From the NCBI GenBank assembly GCA_905178155.1, contig CAJINV010000001.1, forward strand, positions 4,550,233-4,614,232: a stretch of DNA of 64,000 bases. The letters are read 5' to 3'. The notes under the pieces are model-generated. The model was given only the letters and a program-made list of their open reading frames with translations, ran no database searches and was not told where the DNA came from. Of this stretch, positions 15,101 to 26,300 are shown one piece after another. Made by a program: the position numbers and the translations under genes. Each line of letters begins with the position of its first letter. Position 1 is the first letter of the stretch. This stretch comes from Amoebophrya sp. A120 (Eukaryota; Protista; Dinoflagellata).

Positions 15101-18100
15101 GGGTCTGGAGGATTCTGAGACTTGTCAATGTCAATGTCATGCAGGTTTTGCATGAGTCATGATGTCTGTGATGCGTGCCCTAGCATCACAGATTTTTTGA
15201 GGGCGTCTTGATGCCTATTCCGCATGACAAATGCCCTCTCCGCGTAGCAAAAATCACACTCCCTTTGCTGCTCATGCAATACAGATTTTTTTGCAATCCA
15301 AATGCAGCACCACAAGTTGCATTCTTCCAGACCCAGACACTTTTGCATTTGATAAGACACGAAGTTCACCATCAGCGGGCCCGTGTAGTCGTTCGCGCGG
15401 TTCTTCGCCGCGCCCACCGCCGAGGCGTGGAAGGGCGTGCCGCGGATGCGGTACTCCTTGTCGTTGTCCCCCTTCAAATACACCTCGATCTTGTAGTCGC
15501 CCTCTTCCGGCGTGTACACGACCTCGTACTTCCCGGTGTCGTGGTCGACGAACTCGAAGGGCGTCTCCTCGAACCGGTACTTGGTGGTCTCCGTAACCTC
15601 TTGCCCCTCCTCCAGGATGGGGATCTTCTTCATGACCGTGATGCGAAACTCGTCCGCCCCGCTCGCGCGGTTCTCCCCCAGCTCGTTGATCGCCTGGATC
15701 GTGAAGCGGTCGGGCGTGCCGGCCTGCTGGTCCTCCTGCAGACCCGGACCGTAGCAGAGCGACTTCTCGGCGATGGTGTTCAGGAAGTACTTGTATTTGA
15801 CCATGGTCGTCGTGAAGTCCCGGATGCCGATCGCCAGGCGCACCTCGCAGTCCTTCGGGCCGATCGTGGCCACCACATCCGGCGTGTTGCACTCAATCAG
15901 CTCGTCGTCGATCACCACGCCCTGCGACTCGGCGTAGAACTTCGGCGTGATGAACCGGACCACCACCTGGCCGTTGGTCGACTTGAAACCGATACCGGTA
16001 TCAAAATGAAAAATCCCCCCTCCCCATGTCGAAAACGAGAGGACTTGTGTTGCTGTATTTGAGTACACAAATCGCATTTGTCTTGCAGTAAAGGACTGCA
16101 CGCAGACCGTAAGCCTCAGGGGAGGCCCTTCGGTGTAGGGGCCTAGCATGGCAGACGTCTGCCCTATAGGCCTTCAGGCATTACAAACCGCCTGCATATC
16201 GTGGCGAAGTCTCTGAATTTGCCCTCTTGCATGAGGGGCAGGATTTGTGGTCTCAAATCAGCATCACAAATTTTTAGAAACGTACCTTTTCAGTATGGGG
16301 AGGGGGGATTTTTCCTTACGATAACCGGAGATCTGCACCTTCTGTCCCCCGGTGACCGGCCCGAGGTGGGGCTTGATCCCGATCACCGCGTACGGCGGTC
16401 CGACGATGGAGCTCACGTTAATCTGCCACACGTCGTCCAGCCACTTGTTGGCCCAACCCCCGAAGAGGATCAGCCGCGACTCCTCCTTGTCGTAGCAGAT
16501 CGCCGTGTGCTCACGCGGAGGCACCCTGATGTCGCTCGGCTTGTTTTCCAACGCCGGCGTGGACCACTCAAACTTGTCCGCAAGCAGCAGGCAACCGAGC
16601 GTGTCGTCGACAATACCTGAGTCGGTGAAGTAGAAGTGGGATTAGATCTGATGTCAATCAAGATGAGAATTAAAAATGTTAATCGATGCATGTCGTACAC
16701 GTTGACATGAAACAGCAATCTTCCATGATGTTCTGTGACAGAGTGGAAAATCGGCTGAACGACCTACCAGAAGTATCAAGCATTTATTAAATACCTAAAC
16801 TTCGGCCCGTTCCGGCGCTGTCCGCGGACCCTCCAAAAATGAAGACCCGCCAACTCGGGATGGCCTCGACAAGCTGCATGCAGTGGTTCCACCGGGGAAC
16901 GCTCCAGTTGAGGTCCATATCGGTCCAGTCCTTATTTTCCACGTCCAGCATGAAGAAATCGTTAAACTGGCCGTCATTGTTCCAGCCGCCGAAGATAAAC
17001 AGACTGTTGTCCTTCGCGAACGCGCTGTGGCCGGACCGCGGCGCGGGCGGGTTCCCCTGGCACACCAGCTGCGTCCACCGGTTGTTATCCAAGTTCAGAA
17101 TCCACGTATCGTTAAACGCTTTTCTCGTGTATCCGCTACCACCGTGACCACCGAAGAGACCCACGGAGGATTCCTGCAACAGGGAGAGAGTGTGGTTCGC
17201 GCGCTGAGTTGGCACGTTGGAGGGTTGATCCGAGGTGTCGATAGCACTGCCGAAACCCTGACTGACCACGTTGACTAAGTCGCTGTGGAAACCGCTTGCG
17301 GCCGGGCCGTCGGATTGGGCTGTTGTGATTTTTGTTTAATTGGCTTTCATCAAAAAGTTCTTACTTTTCGCGCACGGGGCTTTGAATGTTGACTGATCTA
17401 TCAAACAAAAAACTCAACAGAATATACTGGCATCTAATCATTCGAAAAAGTCACTGACAACGATCAAACCAATAGACTGAGCGTTATCCTACATGTCTCT
17501 CGAACTCAATTTTGAAATTGAGGCAAGAATGCATTTTCCGTTGTCTTCACCATGCGAAAACACATCGAAGGTGTGTTGTATCTCATCAAACCTTCTTTGC
17601 TGTGCGAGGTGCGGACACCCAGGTTCATTTTGCTCTTCAAAACGCTCTGCCACGTGGACTTGCCGCCAATGCGTCCCGCGAGGCCCCTATAGCGAAGAGG
17701 AGTTTTGGAAGATTTTTTTCAACTAACGAGCGACAAGCAGAGCGTGCACTCAGTGCCGTCTGCGAAGGAAAGAAAAAGCCCGCCCGGCAACGCTCGCGTC
17801 TGCGACGTGCCGAGAGGTCGTGGTTCGGTAATTTAAGCCTCCAAGCGACGCTCGCATTTGCGACGCGCTGGAGCCAAGAGAAGGTCGTGTGGCGATCGCG
17901 TTTGCGATGCGAGTGTTTGGCCCCGGTATGAAAAAAAAGTTGCTCCCGCCCCGATGGTAGGTGTCGTCTGACCACGCTTTGCGGAGGTTTTCTAGTACCT
18001 CTTTTTCTTTTTTACTTGCTTTTATGGTGATACCTGCCTTGCCTCCGCCGCCACCGCCAGCTCCGATATTCATCTTCGCCTTCAGCGTGTCACGCCAAGA

Positions 18101-18991
18101 CTTTGAAGTCTGTTGTCTCTTCCTATAATTGCGTTTCCGTTTGGAACGTTTACGAAATTTCTCAGCATTCTTGGAATGCGATAGTTGCAGATGCTCAGCT
18201 TCTTCCTTTTGATGGTGCATACCAACTAAACACTGACACGACCTTCTCAATTATCATCGTCTAAGTACCAACATAACCATAAGCATTCAAAACAGGAGTG
18301 TTGCAACACAAATTCTACTGCAAACGAGTTTCTAGAAGCGAAAAAAAAACTCAAAAGCACTAGTATACATTTTCGACGTCTGCGGTCCTGCGGGCGCCGC
18401 GGACATCTTGGACTGCCGAGCGGCGGCAGCACCACCAGCGGCGATGTCCAAAAAGCCCAGCTTTCCGGCCTTGCCCATCATCAGCTTGGACGCGGATCCG
18501 CGGCGGCCGAGAATTGCCGCCTGCGTTGCGGCCGGGATGGGGCGCTCCTGGATTAATCCGGTCATACGGCGGGAGTAACTACCCTTCTGTCCGGCCAGGG
18601 ACGCTTTGAACTGGATGCGCTTCCACTCCATGGCCTCCGTGTCCAGCACCCACCCGTCGTTCAGGCACTGGTAGGGTGTGGCGGAGTGGATGCCCCCGAA
18701 GATCACCACCTCGTCGCCGTTGCACGTGGCGGAGTGCAGGGTTCGGGCCGGCGGGATGCCGGAGGCCGGGTCCAGCTCTACCATGGACCATTCGTAGTTG
18801 CCCTTGGAGACCAGCTTGAGCAGGTACAGGTCGCTGTTCGGCGACGGGTTGCCCTGGTCGTTTCTGCGGCCGTCCATACCACCATACAGGATAAACCCGA
18901 AGTTGGTGCTGGTGATGGTGTGACCCGCACGCGGGGAGACGTTCACGCTCCCCGCGTTGTTCAGCTTTAGCCATGCGTATGGCTGCGGCAT
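3154..18991 (-). CDS. Axonemal outer-arm dynein heavy chain with N-terminal kelch repeats and IPT/filamin-like Ig domains (alpha-HC type, Chlamydomonas ODA11-like)
   Basis: Kelch motifs (SPRAGHT..ILYGG, PPARTLHS..IFGG, PAPRSGHS..IFGG, PPREHT..LFGG), an IPT-like GPVTGGQKVQISG, then DHC_N2 and AAA P-loops GPAGTGKT, GNPGSYKS, GLAGGGKT, GVGGSGRQS, stalk, and C-terminus ARWVLAGAAMLL. Includes one exon of about 7.8 kb (6301 to about 14092), canonical introns and 3 introners. Exons within 17330-18360 are not resolved. Confidence 0.92.
6152..6300. mobile_element. TIR introner, family B
   Basis: TATGCAGTGCAAAAGTATCGTACTCGTAT ... ATACGAGTACGATACTTTTGCACAGGATA. DR AGGGC. Splicing gives EQEPFNMES. Confidence 0.93.
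15081..15354. mobile_element. TIR introner, family A
   Basis: TATCAAATGCAAAAATTTCTGGGTCTGGA ... TCCAGACCCAGACACTTTTGCATTTGATA. Degenerate DR CGACG/AGACA. Removing 279 nt keeps the frame (NFVSGTMK). Confidence 0.9.
15999..16323. mobile_element. TIR introner, family D
   Basis: TATCAAAATGAAAAATCCCCCCTCCCCAT ... ATGGGGAGGGGGGATTTTTCCTTACGATA. DR ACCGG. Splicing gives VQISGIGFKS. Homologous to 29041-29360. Confidence 0.93.
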
Positions 18992-19969
18992 CTTGTGCGA
19001 TCGTTAATTCGACACTTCTTTTGTTCCCAATGCAGTACTGTAGTATCCCTTGGAAATAGTAGCCCAAAAAAAAAGATACCTTCCTATCTGTTTTTGTTTC
19101 ACAACAGGATTTTTGAATCAACTTCTGTTTGTTCACAAAGAGGCTATCAATCTTCAGAAAGGAACTTCACGCTCTATTTCTAGAAGAACAATGGCACAAG
19201 TAGGACTACTTTGGTCAGGTACGACCCTTACGGTTCTTGATTATTCGACTTTCTAATTCCTGTGGTGCTTTTGGTCAATTCAGTTTTTTTCGTATGACAG
19301 GTGGGAAGGACGGGTTTGGGATGAAAATCAGGTAGTTACGTAGGGTCAGTCTTCTTTCATCCGTGTCAACAATTCACGAAAAGGCACGACGGGGGGAAGG
19401 AAGCGTAGTACGTCTGACGTTTACAACTCTCTTTTTCCAAGAACGAAGGCAGGACGAAGTGCGGTTTATTGTTATCGTTAGTATTCTTTGAAGAAAATGG
19501 AAGACTCTCAGCTGTACGTACGACCTCACTCAGCGGACATCTCCGTGCGAACATGGACGAAAGCAGAGCGTGCATATTAAGGTTTCGAGGTTGCGTGCGA
19601 AACGTAACGAGAAATCTCCTTCGTGCGTCTGAGGTAAAGTCCTGTACGAATTAAGAAAAACAATTGCTAAGGTACAGATTCCACTAGCTACCAGCGACAG
19701 CAGTCGAAACGTAGTGCAGCACAAATTTCTGTACAGTGTATCAAGGAAAAAAGAAAACTTCCACCGGAGTTCAACAAAACCCGAGCGCTTTGGCTTTTCT
19801 AGTGGATCTTTTCAGTGATCTAAATAAACTTCACGATAATCATTCCACGGCAAGGTAAGGATATTCGGATTAAACTTGATGATGGCCTTTACGCACTCCT
19901 CATCGTCGACGTAGTGTCTACGAAAACAAGAACCGATAATTTATTGTGAATCGCATTTGCTTTTAGAGC

Positions 19970-20184
19970 GGGGTAACAAATTCAGACGATTTGTGGTCAT
20001 CCCACTTTTCACCCGCCCGGCCGGGTGGGTGAAAAGTGGGACGGAGCCGGATTGGCGCGCACACGAACGGAGAAAAGCAAGATCCGCTCAGTCGGTCAGG
20101 ATCCTGGTTCTGTCCCACTTTTCACCCACCCGGCCGGGCGGGTGAAAAGTGGGATGACCACAAATCGTCTGAATTTGTTACCCC
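19970..20184. repeat. Intergenic long inverted repeat (MITE-like), 73-bp perfect arms
   Basis: 19970-20042 is the exact reverse complement of 20112-20184 (GGGGTAACAAATTCAGACGATTTGTGG...). Each arm has its own internal hairpin. Confidence 0.9.
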
Positions 20185-20327
20185 TTTTGTTACTTAAGCT
20201 ATTAAATAGCTTAAGTCAAAATTGATGAAAATGATGATTCCTCGTCCACCACAATTGCCTCAAAACACATGACTACTTTTTGAAAAAACCACCGGGATAC
20301 TTAGACTTACACCTGCTACCCTACTTT

Positions 20328-23300
20328 TTAGCGCAGGAAGGCACTAGTCGCGGAGGGGAACTCGCAGGCCTTTGTCTTCGTGTTGCACGTTGCGCAGTCT
20401 GCGGCGTTGGTCTTGTCGCAGGGGCAGTCGTCATCCACGTCGCAGCAGCCCGTTTCTGACACCTCGCTGCAGTGATACTGGCAGGCGTCGCCACTGTACC
20501 CGGGTAAGCAGTCGCAGGTGCCCGGGGCGAAGGGTTCGCCCGTCGCCGACCGGCGGCACGCGCCCTGCCCGCTGCAGGGCACCGGGACGTGGGGAAAGAA
20601 CCGGTTACTCCCCACCGGACAGGCGTCGTAGCAGTGGCACCCGAGTTCGACCCCCATGTACAGCCCACGCACCTCCTCGTTCAGCAGCGCCCCCTTGATG
20701 ATCGACGCACGGTGGATGGTGCCATGGAAGAACGCAGACAGCGGGTCCATGTCCGCGGACCGACCCAGATTGGATTCCTCAAACTCCCCGGAGATCACGC
20801 CGCGGTCGGTTGCGAACTTGGTACTGCGTACCCCAAACACCAACCGCGTGTCGTCGAAGCCCTGGGCCCAGGTGATCGCCGGCGCCCGCGTGTACGGGTT
20901 GCCGTACCGCTCGCCATTCCGGTAGATCGCGATGTTGCCGTCGCGGTCAAACGTGGTGACCACGTGCACCAGCTGGCCGACCGACTCCACCTCGGTCGTG
21001 GCAAAGGTCGCGTCCGACCGCGCCCCGCTGTCAGAGGCCACGTTCCACTGCAGGGGTTGGAACTGGGCGAACGCGATGGTGGAGTACTCTTTTGTCTTCG
21101 TGTTTTCCAGCCCAAACAAACCGCCGCCACCCCGGTGCTCGTAGATCTGGATGTCGTAAATCTGCAGCAGCTGCATGTTCCGCCCGTCGTCGTTCGGGAA
21201 ATCCGGATCTGGGGAGTATATCTTCGGGTTCCGCACCCGGATGTTGATGTACCGCGTCTGGAAGTGGGTGGTGGAAGGCACCGTGAAGACGTTGCTGTTC
21301 TGTGTGTTCGTTTCGATCGCATACGCGTAGTGGTTGTTTTGCGCGTCGTGGTAGTAGACGGAAATACTCGTGGGGTAGTTGTCGCCGAACGTCATCTGCA
21401 TGCCCGCCACGTTGCGTGTGTACTGCAGGTCCAGGCTCAGGTACGCGTCGTTTCGCTGTAAGGGGAAGTTTCGTTTTAATGTTCATTTTTCGCTGGTGTT
21501 GAAAAAAAATTCTCCAGAAGCTAAGTCGTATCGCTAGAATCTTAGGGGATTTCCTGTAGAGTGTACTTGTCCTCTCCAAACCATGCGTTCTATTGAAAGT
21601 GATGACAATGAGTAAAAATTCACCTATACCAAAATTATACCTTCAGCTCCCCGGCCCAGTAGGTAGTCATCGAACCGTCCACGACGTTGGTCAAGGGGTA
21701 ATCCCACACACTGGTCGCGGTCGCCGGGATCCCCCGACCGAGATTTCCGTCCATGATAATCCGGATGTCCCGGAGCCCGGTGCCCAGCTGCCCGTCCACC
21801 TGGTCCAGGTAGTTCACCGTGATCAAAATCTTCAGGTACCGCATCTCGATGGTCTTCACCAAAAACTTCACCCCCACTTCCGCTTCCTGCAGCCCGAAGA
21901 GGACCGCGTCCGGGCGGAAAAGAAACACTATCAAACAAAAAAGTGCTAACGCGAATGGTTTTGGGGCATTGCAGTCGCGCATGACAAATCCAAATGATCA
22001 TACCGCTATAATCATGCATGCTATGCAATACAAACATCATTTCTCGTGCATTCCTGCATGCCATCAAGTTCCGTTAACATTATAGAACACTTTTTCCTGT
22101 AATAAACACGAACCACTTGTCGTAATCCGTACTGTACAACACCTGCCGCGTGGGGTAGTAGGTCCAGTACATTTTCAGCTCCGTGACGGTGTACACCCGG
22201 TTCAAGTCCAGAACGGCCTCAATCCCGGAATCCGCTGGCCTTGGCATCCAAAACGTATTGATGTCCGGGTCCGTGGCCCGCACTCGGGTCCCGTCGAAAG
22301 CCTCCGCGACATCAGCGCCGGAGCAGACCACCGCGCCGAACTTGCACTCTTGCACCGCCTATGAATTGCAAAAGTATCGTACTCGTATAAATGCATGACA
22401 AATTCCCTTAGCATGAGAAATAAAATTTGTAATGCTAATTTCCCTTAAGAACAGGATTTGTAATGCATTATTGCAATACGAGTACGATAGTTTTGCACAG
22501 GATACCGCCCGGATTTCGTTGTTGCCCTTCACGGCCTCCCACATATGGAAGCGTCAGGTTTGAAATCGACAAAGTTGAAACGATTTGTCATGCATAAAAT
22601 GGATACCAGTTGGAAACCCAATTTCTAAGCGGCGCATGACAAATTTTCCGAGCACCGGAATCCAATTTGTCATGCTGTTTGGGCACAGACGACTGCTTTT
22701 GTCATGCTCCTTTAGCAGCTCTACTTCAAACCCTAAACAGGCTGACACGCGGCCTCACTTGCCATCCCGGCAAGACAGGCACTTCATGCCTTGCATTTTA
22801 TGCATGACAAACTATTTCAACTTTGACGATTTCAAACCTGACACATCCATACCACACGCGGATCTCATACAGCCGGATGTCGAAAAAGCTGTTTACCACC
22901 TTGACGCGGACGCTGGTCACCTGGCGGTACAGCTCCAGCTGCGTGAGGAAGAGGGTGTTGCCCTTGGTGGAGTACACCGTGACCCAGTCGGGGTTTACCT
23001 TGTCCTCCGGGTTGAGACAGTCGATCTGGAACTCATCCGCCAGCGCGCTCCAGTATATGTAGATGCGGCCTACCGGCACCACGCTGTCCCAGTTCAGCTG
23101 GATGGTGGCGGCTCGGACGCCCGTCTCCGCCTGCCACACGGCCCCGATCACGGACCCGTCCACCAGCGAATTTGTGTCCGTCCCGCCCCCGGACTTCACG
23201 TTGGCCTGTGGGGGCCGCAAAAAGCTCGGGCGGTTGGTCAGCGTGTTCGCGATCAGCTCCGCCGGCTTGTACAGCTGGAAGTTCTTCAGCGCCGCCCAGT

Positions 23301-26300
23301 AGTCCCCCTGCGGCAGCGGCCGCTTCTTCACGATCACCAGGCGCAGCTTGTTCGCCTGGAACCCGGTGTGGATGGCGAGGTTGTAGGTGGACAGCGTCTG
23401 CCGCGGCACGGGCGTGTTGGGGTCGGTGAAGTTGAAAAACGTCCCCGTCACGTTGAACCACTTGTCCAGCTCTAAATTGTAGCCCTGGAAGTACAAAATG
23501 TCCGGGCAGAACCGCCACAGCATCTCCGCGCCGCCGACCCAGATGTAGTCCTGCAAATCGAACTCCAGAATAGTTTGCGGCACGCCGACGTTTCCGAACC
23601 AGAAGGTGTCCTATCAAAGTGCACCACTCGTCCAGCCCTCATCGATCGATGGCATCCACAGCAACGCAAGTGCTGGCAAAGATGCAGCTGTATTTCTTGC
23701 ATGGCATAATATTAACGACCGATGCTTATGCTGTTTCGTCTTCGGGATGTTGAACCTGTCATGCGTAGTAGTGGCAGAAGGCAAGATGTGGATGAATTGG
23801 TATTTTACATATACACACGAGAACGAGGGGGAGTTGTGCACTCTCATAGGTCCAACGAGTCGTCCAAAATGTTGGCAATCGCGAAGCGGTTGGGGTCCAC
23901 TTCCGGCGCCCCGTCGTGCGGCGGCTGCACTTGTAGCAGTTTTCCGCGAGCAACGTTCTTCTCAAACATCATCTCCACGGCGTAGATCGCGTACATCACT
24001 TGGCCCTTGTTCGCCACCCCCTGCGCCAAGTCGAAGTGCGCGGACCGGGTCATGGTGAGTCGGACGTACTTATCAAATGCAAAAATGTCTGGGTCTGGAA
24101 CATTCTAAACTTGTGATGCTGTCTGTGGATTCTGAAAAAATTTGTATTGCATGAACAGCAAGAGGACTCCAGTTTGTGCTACGCGGAGAGGGCATTTCTC
24201 ATGCGGTAGAGGTATCAGAAAGCGCTCTAAAAATCTGTGATGCTACAGCATGCATCACAGACGTCACCGGTCATGGAAAATATGCATGACAAGTCTTGAA
24301 ATCTTCCAGACCCAGACATTTTTACATTTGATAGTACTGCGCCTCGAAGTCTTTCACGATGGTGGTCAGCGTGTCGACGTTGTTTGTCACCGTCGCCAAG
24401 TGCGTCCAGACGGCGTTGGCCGTGACCGGGGGCTCCCCGGGAATCGCGTCGGTGTAGTCGATCACGAAGTCCTTCGCGGGCACCCACCAGCGGATGAACA
24501 GGTCCCCGACTACTTCCCGCTTCTCGAGCAGGTTCAGCATCAGCGTCGCGCGCGTGCTGTCCAGGTAGTTCACCCACGGCCGGTTCAGGTTGCCGTCCAC
24601 GGCGATTTCCGACGTGTGCTCGAACTTCTCGTTCGACGTGGCCTTCACGCCCAGTGCCTTGTTCGGCGAATTGTACACGAAAAGTCTCCGGAGTTGGTAC
24701 CTGAAATCGTTCGTTGAAAACAAAATCTTGATTTTCACCAAGGGACATGAAGCATGCAATATTTTTCATACCCGTCTAGAAGTACTTCTAGTACAGAGAG
24801 AAATTATACCGCACTGCAGCTTCGCATACGAGCGCCACAGCTGACGCAAGAAAGACAGCAGCCTTTGGCCTCAAACTTTCGCTGATTCGATTTCGAAGAA
24901 AGTTAGAACAATCAGAGGATAGAAGCATCAAAAACAATGAATGAATCCCCACGTTGTTAGCGTCTGAAATGCGGTGCTCGTGGTATTTCCTACGGTCGTG
25001 GTGACCTCCGCGGCGCCGGGATCGAGAAACGCTAATTTCAAATATCGGGCCTTGAACTCGGCAAACATGTACTCCGGCGTGGCGTCCGCTTTTCCGCGGA
25101 CCGAAAAGATCGGGTCTGCGCTGTAGGCGACCGCGTTGTAGCTGGCGAAAATGTCGATATTGCTAGGGAAAACTGCTCCGAAATCTATCATCAACCCCCA
25201 GAATTGCTCGGTGTTCGGTCCGAGGTCTAACACTAGTGACACGCGTTTCCGCTGCACCGCGATAGACGCATCCTCACCGGGGATCACGATCGCGCTCGTA
25301 CTCCACACCAACGGGCTGGACTGCAGTGCGTAGTACGCCGGATCATTGCTGTTTTGAATCAAGTTCGCTCCCCCGGAGTTGGTCACGCCGGCTACGGTCG
25401 GGATGAACTGGTGCACCGCGGCCAGGGGGTAGGGCGTTCCGAATTCATACGCTCTTACCTCCCGGATGGCAATCATCTTGTAGTCCGCGTACGTGTCGCG
25501 CGGCATCGCCAGCGTGAGGGTGAGGGACGGGCAGTTTGTGACGTAGTCAATGCCGTCCCATGGATACAAATTGGCAATCATGGGCCCCGAGATCAACGTC
25601 TTCAGAACATCCGCCCCGCACTGGAGGATCAACGTATCCGACCGAAGCCGCCACTCGATCACCACCACATCGATCTGACAAAAATTATTTTGTTCACGAC
25701 ATGGACATCGACTTACAATCTGTCGGTCATTCAGAAGTTTCAAATTGCCTGTTGAGCTCCCGATGGAATAAAAACGAAAGGAGTTGTACTCGAGTTCGTA
25801 ATATTGGATCTAGCTACTCCTATGACCACGTAGTTGTCCCCTACTACACATCTTCGGCCGCGGCCACTATTGCAGTACTAAAAGTTACCCTCTCTGTTTG
25901 GGTAAAGGGCAGCGTGACTCGCAATGTTTCTGTCCCGCCCGGGTACGCCTTGTTGAAGCTGGACAGAAAGGCGGTGCTCTTGTCCCCATCGCACAGCCGC
26001 TCTGCGCTGTAGAGTTCGTTCTCGTCGTAAGGAATCACCGGCTCCAGGTCCTGCCAAGCAAAGGGCTTGGCCGTTTGGTCGTAGTAAGGAACCGGGGCGT
26101 AGATATTGTCGAAAAACGCGTTTGTGTAGGTCAACGGGGCTTCCATCACTGGCTTTGTGAAAATGTTCGCAATCGTGACCGGCGAGGACGGAAAAAACTC
26201 CAACTCCGACAATCCGATGAGCCCGCCCAGAAACGGGTTGAAAGTGGTGAACTCGAAGCGAAAGAGTGTGACCGTCCTGGCTCCAGGAAAAATGATGATG

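Noticed and set aside
15081-15354. TA target-site duplication (Tc1/mariner or ciliate IES-like excision leaving one TA)
   Set aside because: Leaving one TA breaks the frame here. Removing the whole TA-ended element plus one 5-bp flank is the rule that works at all sites.
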